From a bacterium (GTDB lineage: Bacteria > Zhuqueibacterota > Zhuqueibacteria > Residuimicrobiales > Oceaniaggregativiventaceae), in NCBI GenBank assembly GCA_029565675.1, contig JAKQNP010000003.1, forward strand, positions 79,197-143,196: a stretch of DNA of 64,000 bases. The letters are read 5' to 3'. Under the pieces are notes generated by a model that saw only the letters and a list, made by a program, of their open reading frames with translations, searched no databases and was not told where the DNA came from. Of this stretch, positions 19,785 through 28,588 are shown one piece after another. Numbering within the stretch: position 1 is the first letter of the stretch; every line of letters starts with the position of its first letter. A program made the translations under genes and the position numbers.

Positions 19785-20429
19785 TTACGGATTCGAGGCA
19801 CTGGCGCGATGTCCAACTGTTTGAGTCAGGATGATCTTCATATGTTCAGGCAATTGCATGGATTTGGCAAGCATTTGCTCATCGAATCCTCCTCTTACCA
19901 CCGTGGCCAGACCCGCAGCCGCACAATAGAGGTAAACATTTTGGCCAATGAAGCCGGCATTTGTCGAGGATATCAGTTTTTTAGCCGTGTCATCTCCTCG
20001 ATCCAGCTGGCTGAAATCAGAGACATAGATTAAATTAAGCGGTGCCTGAGCGACCCAATCCTGTCTTCCGGTATCAGAGCGGATATCCTTATCGCTCACT
20101 TTTATCAGCTGATGGCCGCTGGCATCGTAGCGATAGAGACCACTGGCCAGAGCCGCATAGATCTGAATCTCTTGCCGGTTCATTGCAGATGGCGCTGTTC
20201 GTTTACCGGTTTCTGGCCGGTTAATGCCGAATGCTGCCCACAACACATCTGATAGTTCCTGATACGAAAGCGAATCAGAAGAAAAATTCCGAATGGACTG
20301 ACGCTGTTGCAAAGCTTCCATCAAATCCATCCCTATCCGTTGTTGTGGTGTCGGCAAGGAAATCGGAGTTGTGGCTAAAGCAGTAGTTGCGACAAATGTT
20401 GACAGGACAAAAAATATACTTTTCTTCAT
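19785..20429 (-). CDS. SagB/ThcOx-like nitroreductase family protein with signal peptide
   Basis: AL..RQSIRNF, LS.VLWAA.GINR, RTAPSA.N.Q, GFIGQNVYLYCAA.GL.TV.RG and QTVG. Confidence 0.85.
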   Translation of the reverse strand: MKKSIFFVLSTFVATTALATTPISLPTPQQRIGMDLMEALQQRQSIRNFSSDSLSYQELSDVLWAAFGINRPETGKRTAPSAMNRQEIQIYAALASGLYRYDASGHQLIKVSDKDIRSDTGRQDWVAQAPLNLIYVSDFSQLDRGDDTAKKLISSTNAGFIGQNVYLYCAAAGLATVVRGGFDEQMLAKSMQLPEHMKIILTQTVGHRASASNP

Positions 20430-20465
20430 AAGAACCTCTTTGCAGCGTTCAGTTGTACTGTTACT

Positions 20466-21413
20466 TCAATGATTGGCCGAATTCACAGCTGTATATTTCT
20501 CGCCAGCCAATACTGCAATCGACAAACGATTCTGTGGCGGCGGCAGCGGACAGGTTGCATAGGGGGAAAAAGCGCACGGTGGATTGTAGGCTTTGTTGAA
20601 ATCGATAAGTGTCTGACCGTTGCTGTCGGGCCGGTCGACCAGCAGAAAACGGCCGCCGCCGTAGCTTTGTTCTCCGCTGGTGCGGTCGGCAAAAATGACG
20701 AACAGCTGTTCATCATCCGGTTCGGCAACTGTATCCAGGCGGAATTCTTGACGGTTTTTCTCGAAAACCAGGGCGCCTGGAGAGATTTCTTCACTCGTCG
20801 TGCCGACTACACTGGCAATGGCCAGAGTTTTCGGCGGTACGTAGGGTTCAAAACGGGCTTGCAAGCGCCAGGAAAGCTCGATTGGAAAATATTCGATCCC
20901 ACTGAATTCTCTTCGTCTGGCGCTTGCGCTGTCCCAAAGGCGAACGCCATAGCGATCATTTCTTTTGATGACGATCCAGCGCAATGTGCCGAGTTCCAGG
21001 GGCGTGGCGTCACCCGATGCATCAGAGGCCAATTCCAGGCTCGAGACGGGGCTGCCTCTGGAGATCACCTCTATTCCTTCAGCTGCAGTGAACCGCAAGC
21101 GATCGCCGCGCAGAGCGATAACACCGATATGCGCGGGCGAGTGTTCGGCAGGAAATTGCACATCATTGTTTTCTGCCCCACCCAGGCGGTTGTCGCCCTC
21201 ATGCAACCAGAAAAGCCCTGCAAGTGTCAGCCAGCTTTGATCGTCCGTCAGTCTCTCCACTCTCTGCCGGCGCCATGCATCGATTTCTGCAGCATGTTCA
21301 TGTTGCATCGCCTGATTTTTTTGACAGGCCACTTGAAAAATGATCACGCTCGACAAGGCACACAAGCCAATCCGTTTAATCACAACTCTAATTCGGGTTG
21401 GGCACATCAGCAT
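20466..21413 (-). CDS. DUF1684 domain lipoprotein
   Basis: WR..R..RL..WLTLAGL.WL, F.D.TSG..SYGGGRFL, DFNKAYNPPCAFSPYATCPLPP.QN.L...V.AGE; lipobox QVAC. Confidence 0.88.
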   Translation of the reverse strand: MLMCPTRIRVVIKRIGLCALSSVIIFQVACQKNQAMQHEHAAEIDAWRRQRVERLTDDQSWLTLAGLFWLHEGDNRLGGAENNDVQFPAEHSPAHIGVIALRGDRLRFTAAEGIEVISRGSPVSSLELASDASGDATPLELGTLRWIVIKRNDRYGVRLWDSASARRREFSGIEYFPIELSWRLQARFEPYVPPKTLAIASVVGTTSEEISPGALVFEKNRQEFRLDTVAEPDDEQLFVIFADRTSGEQSYGGGRFLLVDRPDSNGQTLIDFNKAYNPPCAFSPYATCPLPPPQNRLSIAVLAGEKYTAVNSANH

Positions 21414-21511
21414 TTTCCTTTTATTTTGTTGCAGCCGCCCGCAGCCTTATCAGTTGGAGAAGAGTCATCGACGATCTGGCGGAAAAAGCCAACTTTTCCA
21501 AGCACTCGAGC

Positions 21512-22099
21512 TCAGGGGGTCTGCTGAGCGAGTTGCTGTTTTTTGGCAAAAAGTCGTGTTTCATCGGGTAGGCGAATCTCGATCTGATCATCGCGAAACA
21601 AACCCGTATAGGTGCGCCGGGTACGGCTCAACTCGTATTCCGGGAAACTCTCCAGCCATACCGGCCAGCCAGCAGCGCGCGCTTGCGCAGCTGTGGTCAG
21701 GCGCAAATCGATTGGTTTGCTGAACAGAATCTCGCGGATCACGCGCAGAGAGAAGCGGATCTGGCCATCGCGGATCGCCAAACTGTCCATGCTGGCGACA
21801 AAAAATCCGGGAAAGTAACCCTCGCGAAAATCATCAAAATCGTCGCTGGTGCCGTAATAGCGTCCAGCCGTGCTGTCGGCGTAAAATTCAAGCACGATGA
21901 AATGATTTTCGCTTAGATCCTGCAAATCCCATTCATAGTCATATTCATAAATTCGAACACGATCCGGACGGGGCTTGTTTGTTTGCGCTGCGCTCGTCTC
22001 ATCCGAAACTGGAGATGGTGTCTGCTGCTGTTGCTGGCGGCAGGACAGCACAACAGACAAACTGACGATCAGAGCAGCCGCAATCGGCAAATACTTCAT
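21512..22099 (-). CDS. Hypothetical lipoprotein
   Basis: ATG 22099 with GGAG-like SD, signal ending in VLSC, Q/P linker and a globular domain (YYGTSDDFDDFREGYFPGFFV). Confidence 0.7.
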   Translation of the reverse strand: MKYLPIAAALIVSLSVVLSCRQQQQQTPSPVSDETSAAQTNKPRPDRVRIYEYDYEWDLQDLSENHFIVLEFYADSTAGRYYGTSDDFDDFREGYFPGFFVASMDSLAIRDGQIRFSLRVIREILFSKPIDLRLTTAAQARAAGWPVWLESFPEYELSRTRRTYTGLFRDDQIEIRLPDETRLFAKKQQLAQQTP

Positions 22100-22124
22100 C
22101 ACCCTCTCTCCCAAACGGTAAAGG

Positions 22125-22448
22125 TCAGACCATCGCTTTGCGAAGTTTTTTCTTTAATTTGCGAATTTCAAGCCTGACCGCAACGAGTTCCTGTTTGTTC
22201 TTTTCTTGCATGGCGTGATCGCGCTTTTTCTTCAATTCGCGAATCTCGCCTTTGATTTTGGTCTTGTCAAGACCAACGACGTGGTGATGAACATGCATGT
22301 CCAGCTTTAAGGCATCACAAATCGCCTTGAGCAGGTGCTCCTTGTTCAGCTGGGTATACCCTTGCACCGCCTCATCTTCGATTGTAGCCGCAATCTCGCG
22401 CAGCTCGGCGACATTCTTTTTCTTCAACTCTTCATAGGTATGCGACAT
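22125..22448 (-). CDS. Small Rho-N/HeH-like domain plus coiled-coil protein
   Basis: ELKKKNVAELREIA....YTQLNKEHLLKAI resembles the Rho N-terminal helix-extension-helix; Lys-rich coiled tail; AGGAGG SD. Confidence 0.65.
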   Translation of the reverse strand: MSHTYEELKKKNVAELREIAATIEDEAVQGYTQLNKEHLLKAICDALKLDMHVHHHVVGLDKTKIKGEIRELKKKRDHAMQEKNKQELVAVRLEIRKLKKKLRKAMV

Positions 22449-22756
22449 GATGACAAGCCTCCTATGCTTTGCTGAAAATCAGCACGGTTCAGGTGTTCTG
22501 AATTTATGATTTAATCTATTGAACATCATCCATCTATTGTTCAAACATATTTCTATTTTTATAACTTATGCACAACATTGCCGCTGACTTGGCACTTTCA
22601 TTAAAGTGGAGAATTTGAAATTCCATTTTGCGCTAAACTTCATTTCCCGGTTGACTGCTAAGCGTGGTCCATTTTTTGCGATGGCTTTTAGACTATCTCA
22701 TTCCTGTCGTTATCAATTGACAGCGGCACCTTCTGGAGGCAACCAGGCCTATCCTG

Positions 22757-24304
22757 CTACTTTGTTTCCCCATGATTTCCCAGATCCGCCAATGCCCAAC
22801 GTGCTGCGAGGCTGATACGTGCGTCTCCTGAATTCATGGCACCACTCAATGCCTTTGCCGCCTGAGCTCCCCCAATCTGGCCAAGAGCTAATGCAGCTTC
22901 AAAACGAACGTCGGGGTGTTCGCCTTTATCATTCATCCTGGAAATCAAAACTCCAACCGCGTGATCGTCTCCATTCTTTCGCAATGCTTTTGCCGCCGCA
23001 CAGCGTATAATTGTGTTTTGGTTAATGTCGATAAAAATGGCGATTAAAGAGTCAACTGCTTGCCTACCAACAATATTGCCGAGATCTTCGACGACTGCTG
23101 CATCCATATCGAGGGATCCGAATGGCCCCTTTTTCAGCCTGTCAACCAAAGGTTCTACCGCCTGTTCGTCTCCAATTTTGCACAGAGCACAAGCGGCAGC
23201 CCAGTCCCGATCGCCAATATTTTCTTCGAGCGCTTCGATCAATGGACTAACCGCCCTTTTGTCGCCAATATCGCCCAAAGCTACAGCCGCAGCCTCCTGA
23301 ACATTGATATGACTATCTTTAAGCAGACCGATAAGATCTTCAACAGCCCGGTTTTCCTTCATTTTACCCAATGTATAAGCAGCCGACGTACGAACCGAGG
23401 AATCTTCATCCTCGAGCAAGGCGAGCAAGGGGTCAACGGCACGGGGATCTTTGATTTTGCCAAACGCAATTGCAGCATTGCGTCGCACAAGGCCGCCTCT
23501 GTCATCAAATGCCGTGATTAAAAACTCTATCGAGCGCGGATCGTTTGTTTTTGCCAGACCCACGACTGCATCCGCCCTGACCCTATCATTCCTATCCCTA
23601 AACGCTTGAACCAAAAGATCAAATACCCGCGGGTCTTTAATTTTTCCGATTCCTTCCACCGCCTCTGCGCGTACTTGATAGTCCCTGTCGTGCAGTGCGG
23701 GAATTAAAGCGTTCATAATCCTGCTTTCATCCACTTCCAGGCTCAAGAGCTGTACAAGATGGCGTGCTGCTGCCCTGCGGACGTGCTTGCTCTTGTCTTG
23801 CAATGCAACCACATTTTCTTCAAGATTCAGCCCCAAAGCGTACATTTTTGCGACTTCTTTATTCGTTGGTTCGTCCCGGTTCTTCATATAACCCGCAAAA
23901 ATAGCAGCAATGCTTCCCAAGAATAGGATTGCAACGATAGCAGCGGTAATGGTTTCCCATTTTTTCTTCGAAAGAGCACGTGATGGCTTGTCAACTATTT
24001 CAAAAGCACCATACCCCTCTACCATGGCTACTGTTTTGCCTTTGTGCGCGGCAAAACTCAATATGCCAGCGGCAACGGATTCATCAATGGCTGTTTTAAA
24101 ATGCGTCGCGCAAAAGTTGTCTTTTGACTTGATGGTGATGACCAATCCCAGCGAAGCGACGATCAAGAGATGAGGTGACGACACCTCGTTGAGAATTTCT
24201 TCGATCACGATTGCCGCGTGCTTGCCTTCAAGATCGATCTCGTTGATTGGGCCACTGTATTTGACAAGATTGTTTTCAATCTTGCTCAGCCCATAGTAAC
24301 TCAT
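22757..24304 (-). CDS. HEAT-repeat (PBS lyase-like) protein with one TM helix
   Basis: Many L.D.D..VR..A...LG.I.D.RAV.PL repeats after an N-terminal domain and a TM segment; GGAGG SD. Confidence 0.85.
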   Translation of the reverse strand: MSYYGLSKIENNLVKYSGPINEIDLEGKHAAIVIEEILNEVSSPHLLIVASLGLVITIKSKDNFCATHFKTAIDESVAAGILSFAAHKGKTVAMVEGYGAFEIVDKPSRALSKKKWETITAAIVAILFLGSIAAIFAGYMKNRDEPTNKEVAKMYALGLNLEENVVALQDKSKHVRRAAARHLVQLLSLEVDESRIMNALIPALHDRDYQVRAEAVEGIGKIKDPRVFDLLVQAFRDRNDRVRADAVVGLAKTNDPRSIEFLITAFDDRGGLVRRNAAIAFGKIKDPRAVDPLLALLEDEDSSVRTSAAYTLGKMKENRAVEDLIGLLKDSHINVQEAAAVALGDIGDKRAVSPLIEALEENIGDRDWAAACALCKIGDEQAVEPLVDRLKKGPFGSLDMDAAVVEDLGNIVGRQAVDSLIAIFIDINQNTIIRCAAAKALRKNGDDHAVGVLISRMNDKGEHPDVRFEAALALGQIGGAQAAKALSGAMNSGDARISLAARWALADLGNHGETK

Positions 24305-24538
24305 TGTTGTTGTTCCCCTCCGTTGAAATTGTGCACAACGGATATTAAGATCATTCTATTTTTGAAGCTTCGTTCCAATTAAAGCCTTGAAGAAATATAA
24401 GGATTCTATCCAACTATTCAATGAGAAATTGCTTTTTTATCGATAAAATTTGCCAAATGACTGGAAGAAAAGCTACTGCATCGTTTTGCTAGGGAGACAA
24501 GTCGGAAAGGAAAAATATCGCGTTGACGAGGATAAAAA

Positions 24539-24614
24539 GATGGCGAAGTTTTTGCCCGATGAAACCCCTCCGGAGCCTTGTAGCGCTCCCGAGTGGGCAA
24601 AAAACCTCGCCATC
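24539..24614 (-). terminator. Long imperfect inverted repeat after the kelch gene; terminator-like
   Basis: GATGGCGAAGTTTTTGCCC / GGGCAAAAAACCTCGCCATC arms, followed by TTTTT on the minus strand. Confidence 0.55.
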
Positions 24615-24658
24615 CGAGGGTCAGGTGAAAGCACTGCAGCGAAAAAACGAAAAGTTCC

Positions 24659-26248
24659 TTATTTGATCAGCGTGACTCTTTGCATTTGGCGTTCAGTCGG
24701 CGTTTTCAGCTGCACCAGATAAACGCCGGTTGGCAATTCGGCACCGCGGTCATCGAGACCATTCCAATAGATGCGGTGCGAATCAGCGCTTTGCACTCCC
24801 TGAACCAACAGGCGAACCCGCGTACCGAGCAGTGAATAAACCGCCAATTCCACCTCGGATTCGGTCGGCAGATCATATGACAGCCAGGTCCCGGGATTGA
24901 ACGGATTGGGAAAATTCGGATGCATGGCAAACGATTCCGGAATCTGGGTGTTCGGCGTTGCCATTGGTGTCGCTTCAACGGGTCCATGCCAAACCGTTAA
25001 GCCGTTGTAATCCTGATCTTGCAGAAAATAGAAATAGGTCAAGCCGTTGGTCACCCGCCGATCGATAAAAGAGTAATCGCGAGGCTCGGTGGAGGTGCCG
25101 GCAGCTGGAATCAATTGTGAGTTCAGGCGTTGGCGATCACCGTCCTTGGCCGTGCCGCGGTAGATGTGGTATCCGGCACAATCGATTTCCGATTGGGTTC
25201 GCCAGGTCAACAATATTTTCCCATCCCCCGCCTGCGCGACAAAAGATTCGAGTTCAACCGGCAAGGAGTAATCGCCGCCGCCGAAAGTCCAGGTTTCCTG
25301 GTTGTAGTCGGTTGCGGTCATGCCGCCAAAGAGCACCAGATAGCGCGAACCGTCCAGGCTGGTTTCAGCCAATCCAAGTTCTTTCCTGGCCGCAGGCTTG
25401 ACCGCATTGGGATCTTGAACCCATAGATTGGCGCTGAGGTCGTAGACCCAGGTCTCATCATCCAGGGTTCCGTCATTGCCGCCGAACAACAAGACTTGAT
25501 CGTCGCCGATATAGGCCATCTTGTGACTGATTCGCGGGGTAGGATGACTTCCGAACGCTTTTTGGGTCCAGGTATTGGCACTGAGATCAAAAAGCCAGGT
25601 TTGATCGCTGTGTCCGGAGCTGGAGTTGCCGCCGAACAACAAAACCTGGTCGTCGCCGATATAAGCCAGATCATGCCAGATCAATGCTGGCGGTTTGGCG
25701 ATCGGATTGAGCTGCGTCCAACTGTTGGCGGCTGCATCATAGAGCCAGGTTTCATCGTTGCGGTTTGTGCCCACCAGTCCGCCGTACAGCAGAGCCTTTG
25801 AGCCGCCGATATAGGCCATGGCTGTCGCAGACCGCGCGCTCGGTTTGGTGGCGGCAGGAATTGCCGTCCAGGTGTTGCTGCCGTAATCGTATTCAAAAGT
25901 ATCGTCGAGGCCAACGCCGCCGGAATTCAGACCTCCGAAAAGAACCGCCTGATCCGAGCCCACATAGGCCAGTGCATGGGCGTTGCGGGCGCCGGGTTTG
26001 GGATCGGGATTGCGGTTGGACCAACTGTTGGCGCTGAGGTCATAAACCCAGGTTGCATCAATCACTCCCGCGCTCGTGCTGCCGCCAAAGAACAGCACAC
26101 AGTCGCCTCCGATATAGCAAAGACCATGTAAACTCGTTGCTCCGGGATTCGACGCCGGACTTTTAAGCGTCCAGTCATCCGCGGGCTGAGCGATTCCGGC
26201 GCCAAATACCAGCAACAGGCCAAGAAAAGTGTAACCAATTTGCCGCAT
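24659..26248 (-). CDS. Secreted kelch-repeat beta-propeller with Ig/FN3-like domain and FlgD-Ig (T9SS type A-like) CTD
   Basis: Six AYIG.DQVLLFGG..DETW.YD...N.W-type repeats, LPVELESF..W.TQSE and NFPNPFNP. Start set at ATG 26248 by its GGAGG SD. Confidence 0.85.
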   Translation of the reverse strand: MRQIGYTFLGLLLVFGAGIAQPADDWTLKSPASNPGATSLHGLCYIGGDCVLFFGGSTSAGVIDATWVYDLSANSWSNRNPDPKPGARNAHALAYVGSDQAVLFGGLNSGGVGLDDTFEYDYGSNTWTAIPAATKPSARSATAMAYIGGSKALLYGGLVGTNRNDETWLYDAAANSWTQLNPIAKPPALIWHDLAYIGDDQVLLFGGNSSSGHSDQTWLFDLSANTWTQKAFGSHPTPRISHKMAYIGDDQVLLFGGNDGTLDDETWVYDLSANLWVQDPNAVKPAARKELGLAETSLDGSRYLVLFGGMTATDYNQETWTFGGGDYSLPVELESFVAQAGDGKILLTWRTQSEIDCAGYHIYRGTAKDGDRQRLNSQLIPAAGTSTEPRDYSFIDRRVTNGLTYFYFLQDQDYNGLTVWHGPVEATPMATPNTQIPESFAMHPNFPNPFNPGTWLSYDLPTESEVELAVYSLLGTRVRLLVQGVQSADSHRIYWNGLDDRGAELPTGVYLVQLKTPTERQMQRVTLIK

Positions 26249-26531
26249 GAGCGACCCTCCCTCTAAACACACACGACGCCTGCGTATCTGTGGAAAATAC
26301 ACGCACAACGTGCCCATGATTTTTGCAGCAATGACGATGCGATCAGGAGCCTAAAAAGGCAAGGGAGAGGAACAGGGGGAAATGACCCATGCGCTTTTAT
26401 CTAAATGGATGCAATGCATTTGATCTGCGAATCGCATGCCAGCGATAAAGCAAGTCATTTAAAGATACAAAAAACTTGTGCAAAGCACAACATTATTATC
26501 AAAATTCTACCCGAAAACGAAACGGCACCTT

Positions 26532-28109
26532 TTACCTGACCAGGGTCACTTTGCGCGTTTGCGAAAAGGCCGGCGTTTTCAGCTGCACCAAATAGATGCC
26601 TGACGGCAAATTGGCACCGCGGTCATCCATGCCGTTCCAATAGAGCAGATGCGAATCGCCCTTTTGCACCTCTTGCACCAATGTGCGGACCCGGGCACCG
26701 AGGAGGGTAAAAACAGCCAACTCGACCTCGCACTCGCTCGGCAGATCATAGGCCAACCAGGTGCCGGGATTGAACGGATTGGGGAAATTCGCCTGCAGCG
26801 CAAAGGCGGTGGGAATTCCGCCGCTCGGCGCCGCCATCGGTGTGGCTTCGATCGGACCATACAGAGCCGTCAAACCGCTGTAATCCTGGTTTTCCAAATA
26901 ATAAAAATAGGTTTGGCCGTTGTTCGCCTGGTAATCGGTATAGTCGTAGTCGTGCGGTTGGGTCGAGGTGCCGGCACCCGGGATCAAGCGGGGATTCAGG
27001 CGCTGCCGTTCGCCGTCAGGTTCGGCGGCGCGATAGATATTGAATCCCGCACAATCGATTTCACTCTGGGTAGTCCAAATCAGTTTCACCTGGCTATCGC
27101 CCGCCTCAGCGGCAAAGGAAGCCAGTTCAACAGGCAAGGAAAAATCGCCGCCGCCAAAAGTCCAGGTATCGCCATTCCAGGAGAGAGAAACCAAACCGCC
27201 AAACAGCACCAGATAGCTGGAACCGTTCATGCTCGTCTCGGCCAATCCATGGTCACATCTCGCCGCAGGAGCCGTTGTATTGGCATCCTGAGACCATGAA
27301 TCGCTGCTGAGGTCATATACCCAGGATATATCGCTGCCGGAAAGGCTGCCGAACAGCAGGACTCGATCACCGCCCAGATAGGCCATTTTGTGCCCCACAG
27401 CTGCATCAGGTTTGGTGATCGGCGATTTTTGCGTCCAATTGTTGCCGCTCAGATCGAAAATCCAGGTATCGTCATACGCTCCGGCAACGTCGCCGCCGAA
27501 CAGCAAAACGCGGTCGTCGCCGATGTAAGCCAAATCGTGTGCCCAGCGGCTGGGAGGGCTGACAGATGGAGAGAGCTGCGTCCAGCTGTTCGATCCCGCA
27601 TCGTAGAGCCAGGTTTCGTCGTTGCGGTTTCCCAAAACGCTGCCGCCGAACAGCAACGCCTTTTGGCCGCCGATAAAGGCCATCGCGGTGTTATAGCGCG
27701 CCGAGGGAGCCGGCGCGGCAGCGATCGCCGTCCAGGTATTGCTGCTGTAATCGTATTCATAGGTAACGCCAAAATCCGTCCCATTGGACTTGCCGCCGAA
27801 CAGCACCGCCTGATCCGGGCCGACATATGCCATAGCGGCTAGTTGGCGGGGCACCGGACTGGTAGCGGGTTCACGGTCAGTCCAGGTGTTGTTGCTTAGG
27901 TCATAGATCCAGGTTTTCCCATTGAGGTCACCACCCGCCGTTTTTCTACCGAAGAGCAGAACGCGATCGGCCCCGACATAGCAGAGGCTGTGCAGGGACA
28001 ATTGTCCGGGATTCGGAACAGGAAATTTTTGCGTCCAATCATCCATAGACCATGCACTGCCGCCCAGAATCAGCATTGCACTTAAAAATATGTCGATCAT
28101 GCGCCTCAT
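26532..28109 (-). CDS. Secreted kelch-repeat beta-propeller with FlgD-Ig CTD; tandem paralogue of 24659-26248
   Basis: Same architecture with shared segments such as YEYDY.SNTWTAI.A and GLAETS..GS.YLVLFGG. Confidence 0.85.
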   Translation of the reverse strand: MRRMIDIFLSAMLILGGSAWSMDDWTQKFPVPNPGQLSLHSLCYVGADRVLLFGRKTAGGDLNGKTWIYDLSNNTWTDREPATSPVPRQLAAMAYVGPDQAVLFGGKSNGTDFGVTYEYDYSSNTWTAIAAAPAPSARYNTAMAFIGGQKALLFGGSVLGNRNDETWLYDAGSNSWTQLSPSVSPPSRWAHDLAYIGDDRVLLFGGDVAGAYDDTWIFDLSGNNWTQKSPITKPDAAVGHKMAYLGGDRVLLFGSLSGSDISWVYDLSSDSWSQDANTTAPAARCDHGLAETSMNGSSYLVLFGGLVSLSWNGDTWTFGGGDFSLPVELASFAAEAGDSQVKLIWTTQSEIDCAGFNIYRAAEPDGERQRLNPRLIPGAGTSTQPHDYDYTDYQANNGQTYFYYLENQDYSGLTALYGPIEATPMAAPSGGIPTAFALQANFPNPFNPGTWLAYDLPSECEVELAVFTLLGARVRTLVQEVQKGDSHLLYWNGMDDRGANLPSGIYLVQLKTPAFSQTRKVTLVR

Positions 28110-28588
28110 GAGTTATTCTCCATTTTAACCAATCCAGCTCGTGCGCCTCAATTTTGTCATTTGACCAAAGCAACAAAAAAAACGGCTGCCGCTCTGCACC
28201 CGGCAATTGTGCCAAACAGGTGCCGGAGATGCGCTGTTGTCAGAAATCATAAGAGATTCTGTCGCCCTGCCTATGATCTTTGCATCTCACTCGGGCTGGT
28301 GTCAGGCCGTCGAGATTGCTCCACGACAGCAATAGTCGACCCGCTTTTCCCGAAGTTGTGCAGGACAAATCCTTTCCGTTTCACAAGATTTGTTTATGCA
28401 AAATAAGGATACGATAATCTATACGTTCATTGTGCGGTTTTGCGGACTGCTGAATTTTGGGCAGGGCTAATACAGAGGATGTCAACAGGTTATAAATGCA
28501 GCGGCAGAGGGCGCGATTCTGCGGCGGTCACGCCTTTATCCGCGATTTCTGCTATCAATGGCTAGAAGCGCTGTAAAGGGATTTTTGC

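Noticed and set aside
26426-26441. Sigma54-like GG-N10-GC matches upstream of the kelch paralogues (also near 28211-28226)
   Set aside because: Both deviate from the TTGC consensus, a sigma70-like TTGTGC-17-TATCTT lies nearby, and no enhancer-binding protein is in view; likely chance matches.
24659-28109. DNA repeats in the kelch, FG-GAP and rpsA genes as CRISPR or DGR elements
   Set aside because: They are in-frame protein repeats with synonymous variation; there is no repeat-spacer periodicity, cas gene or reverse transcriptase.
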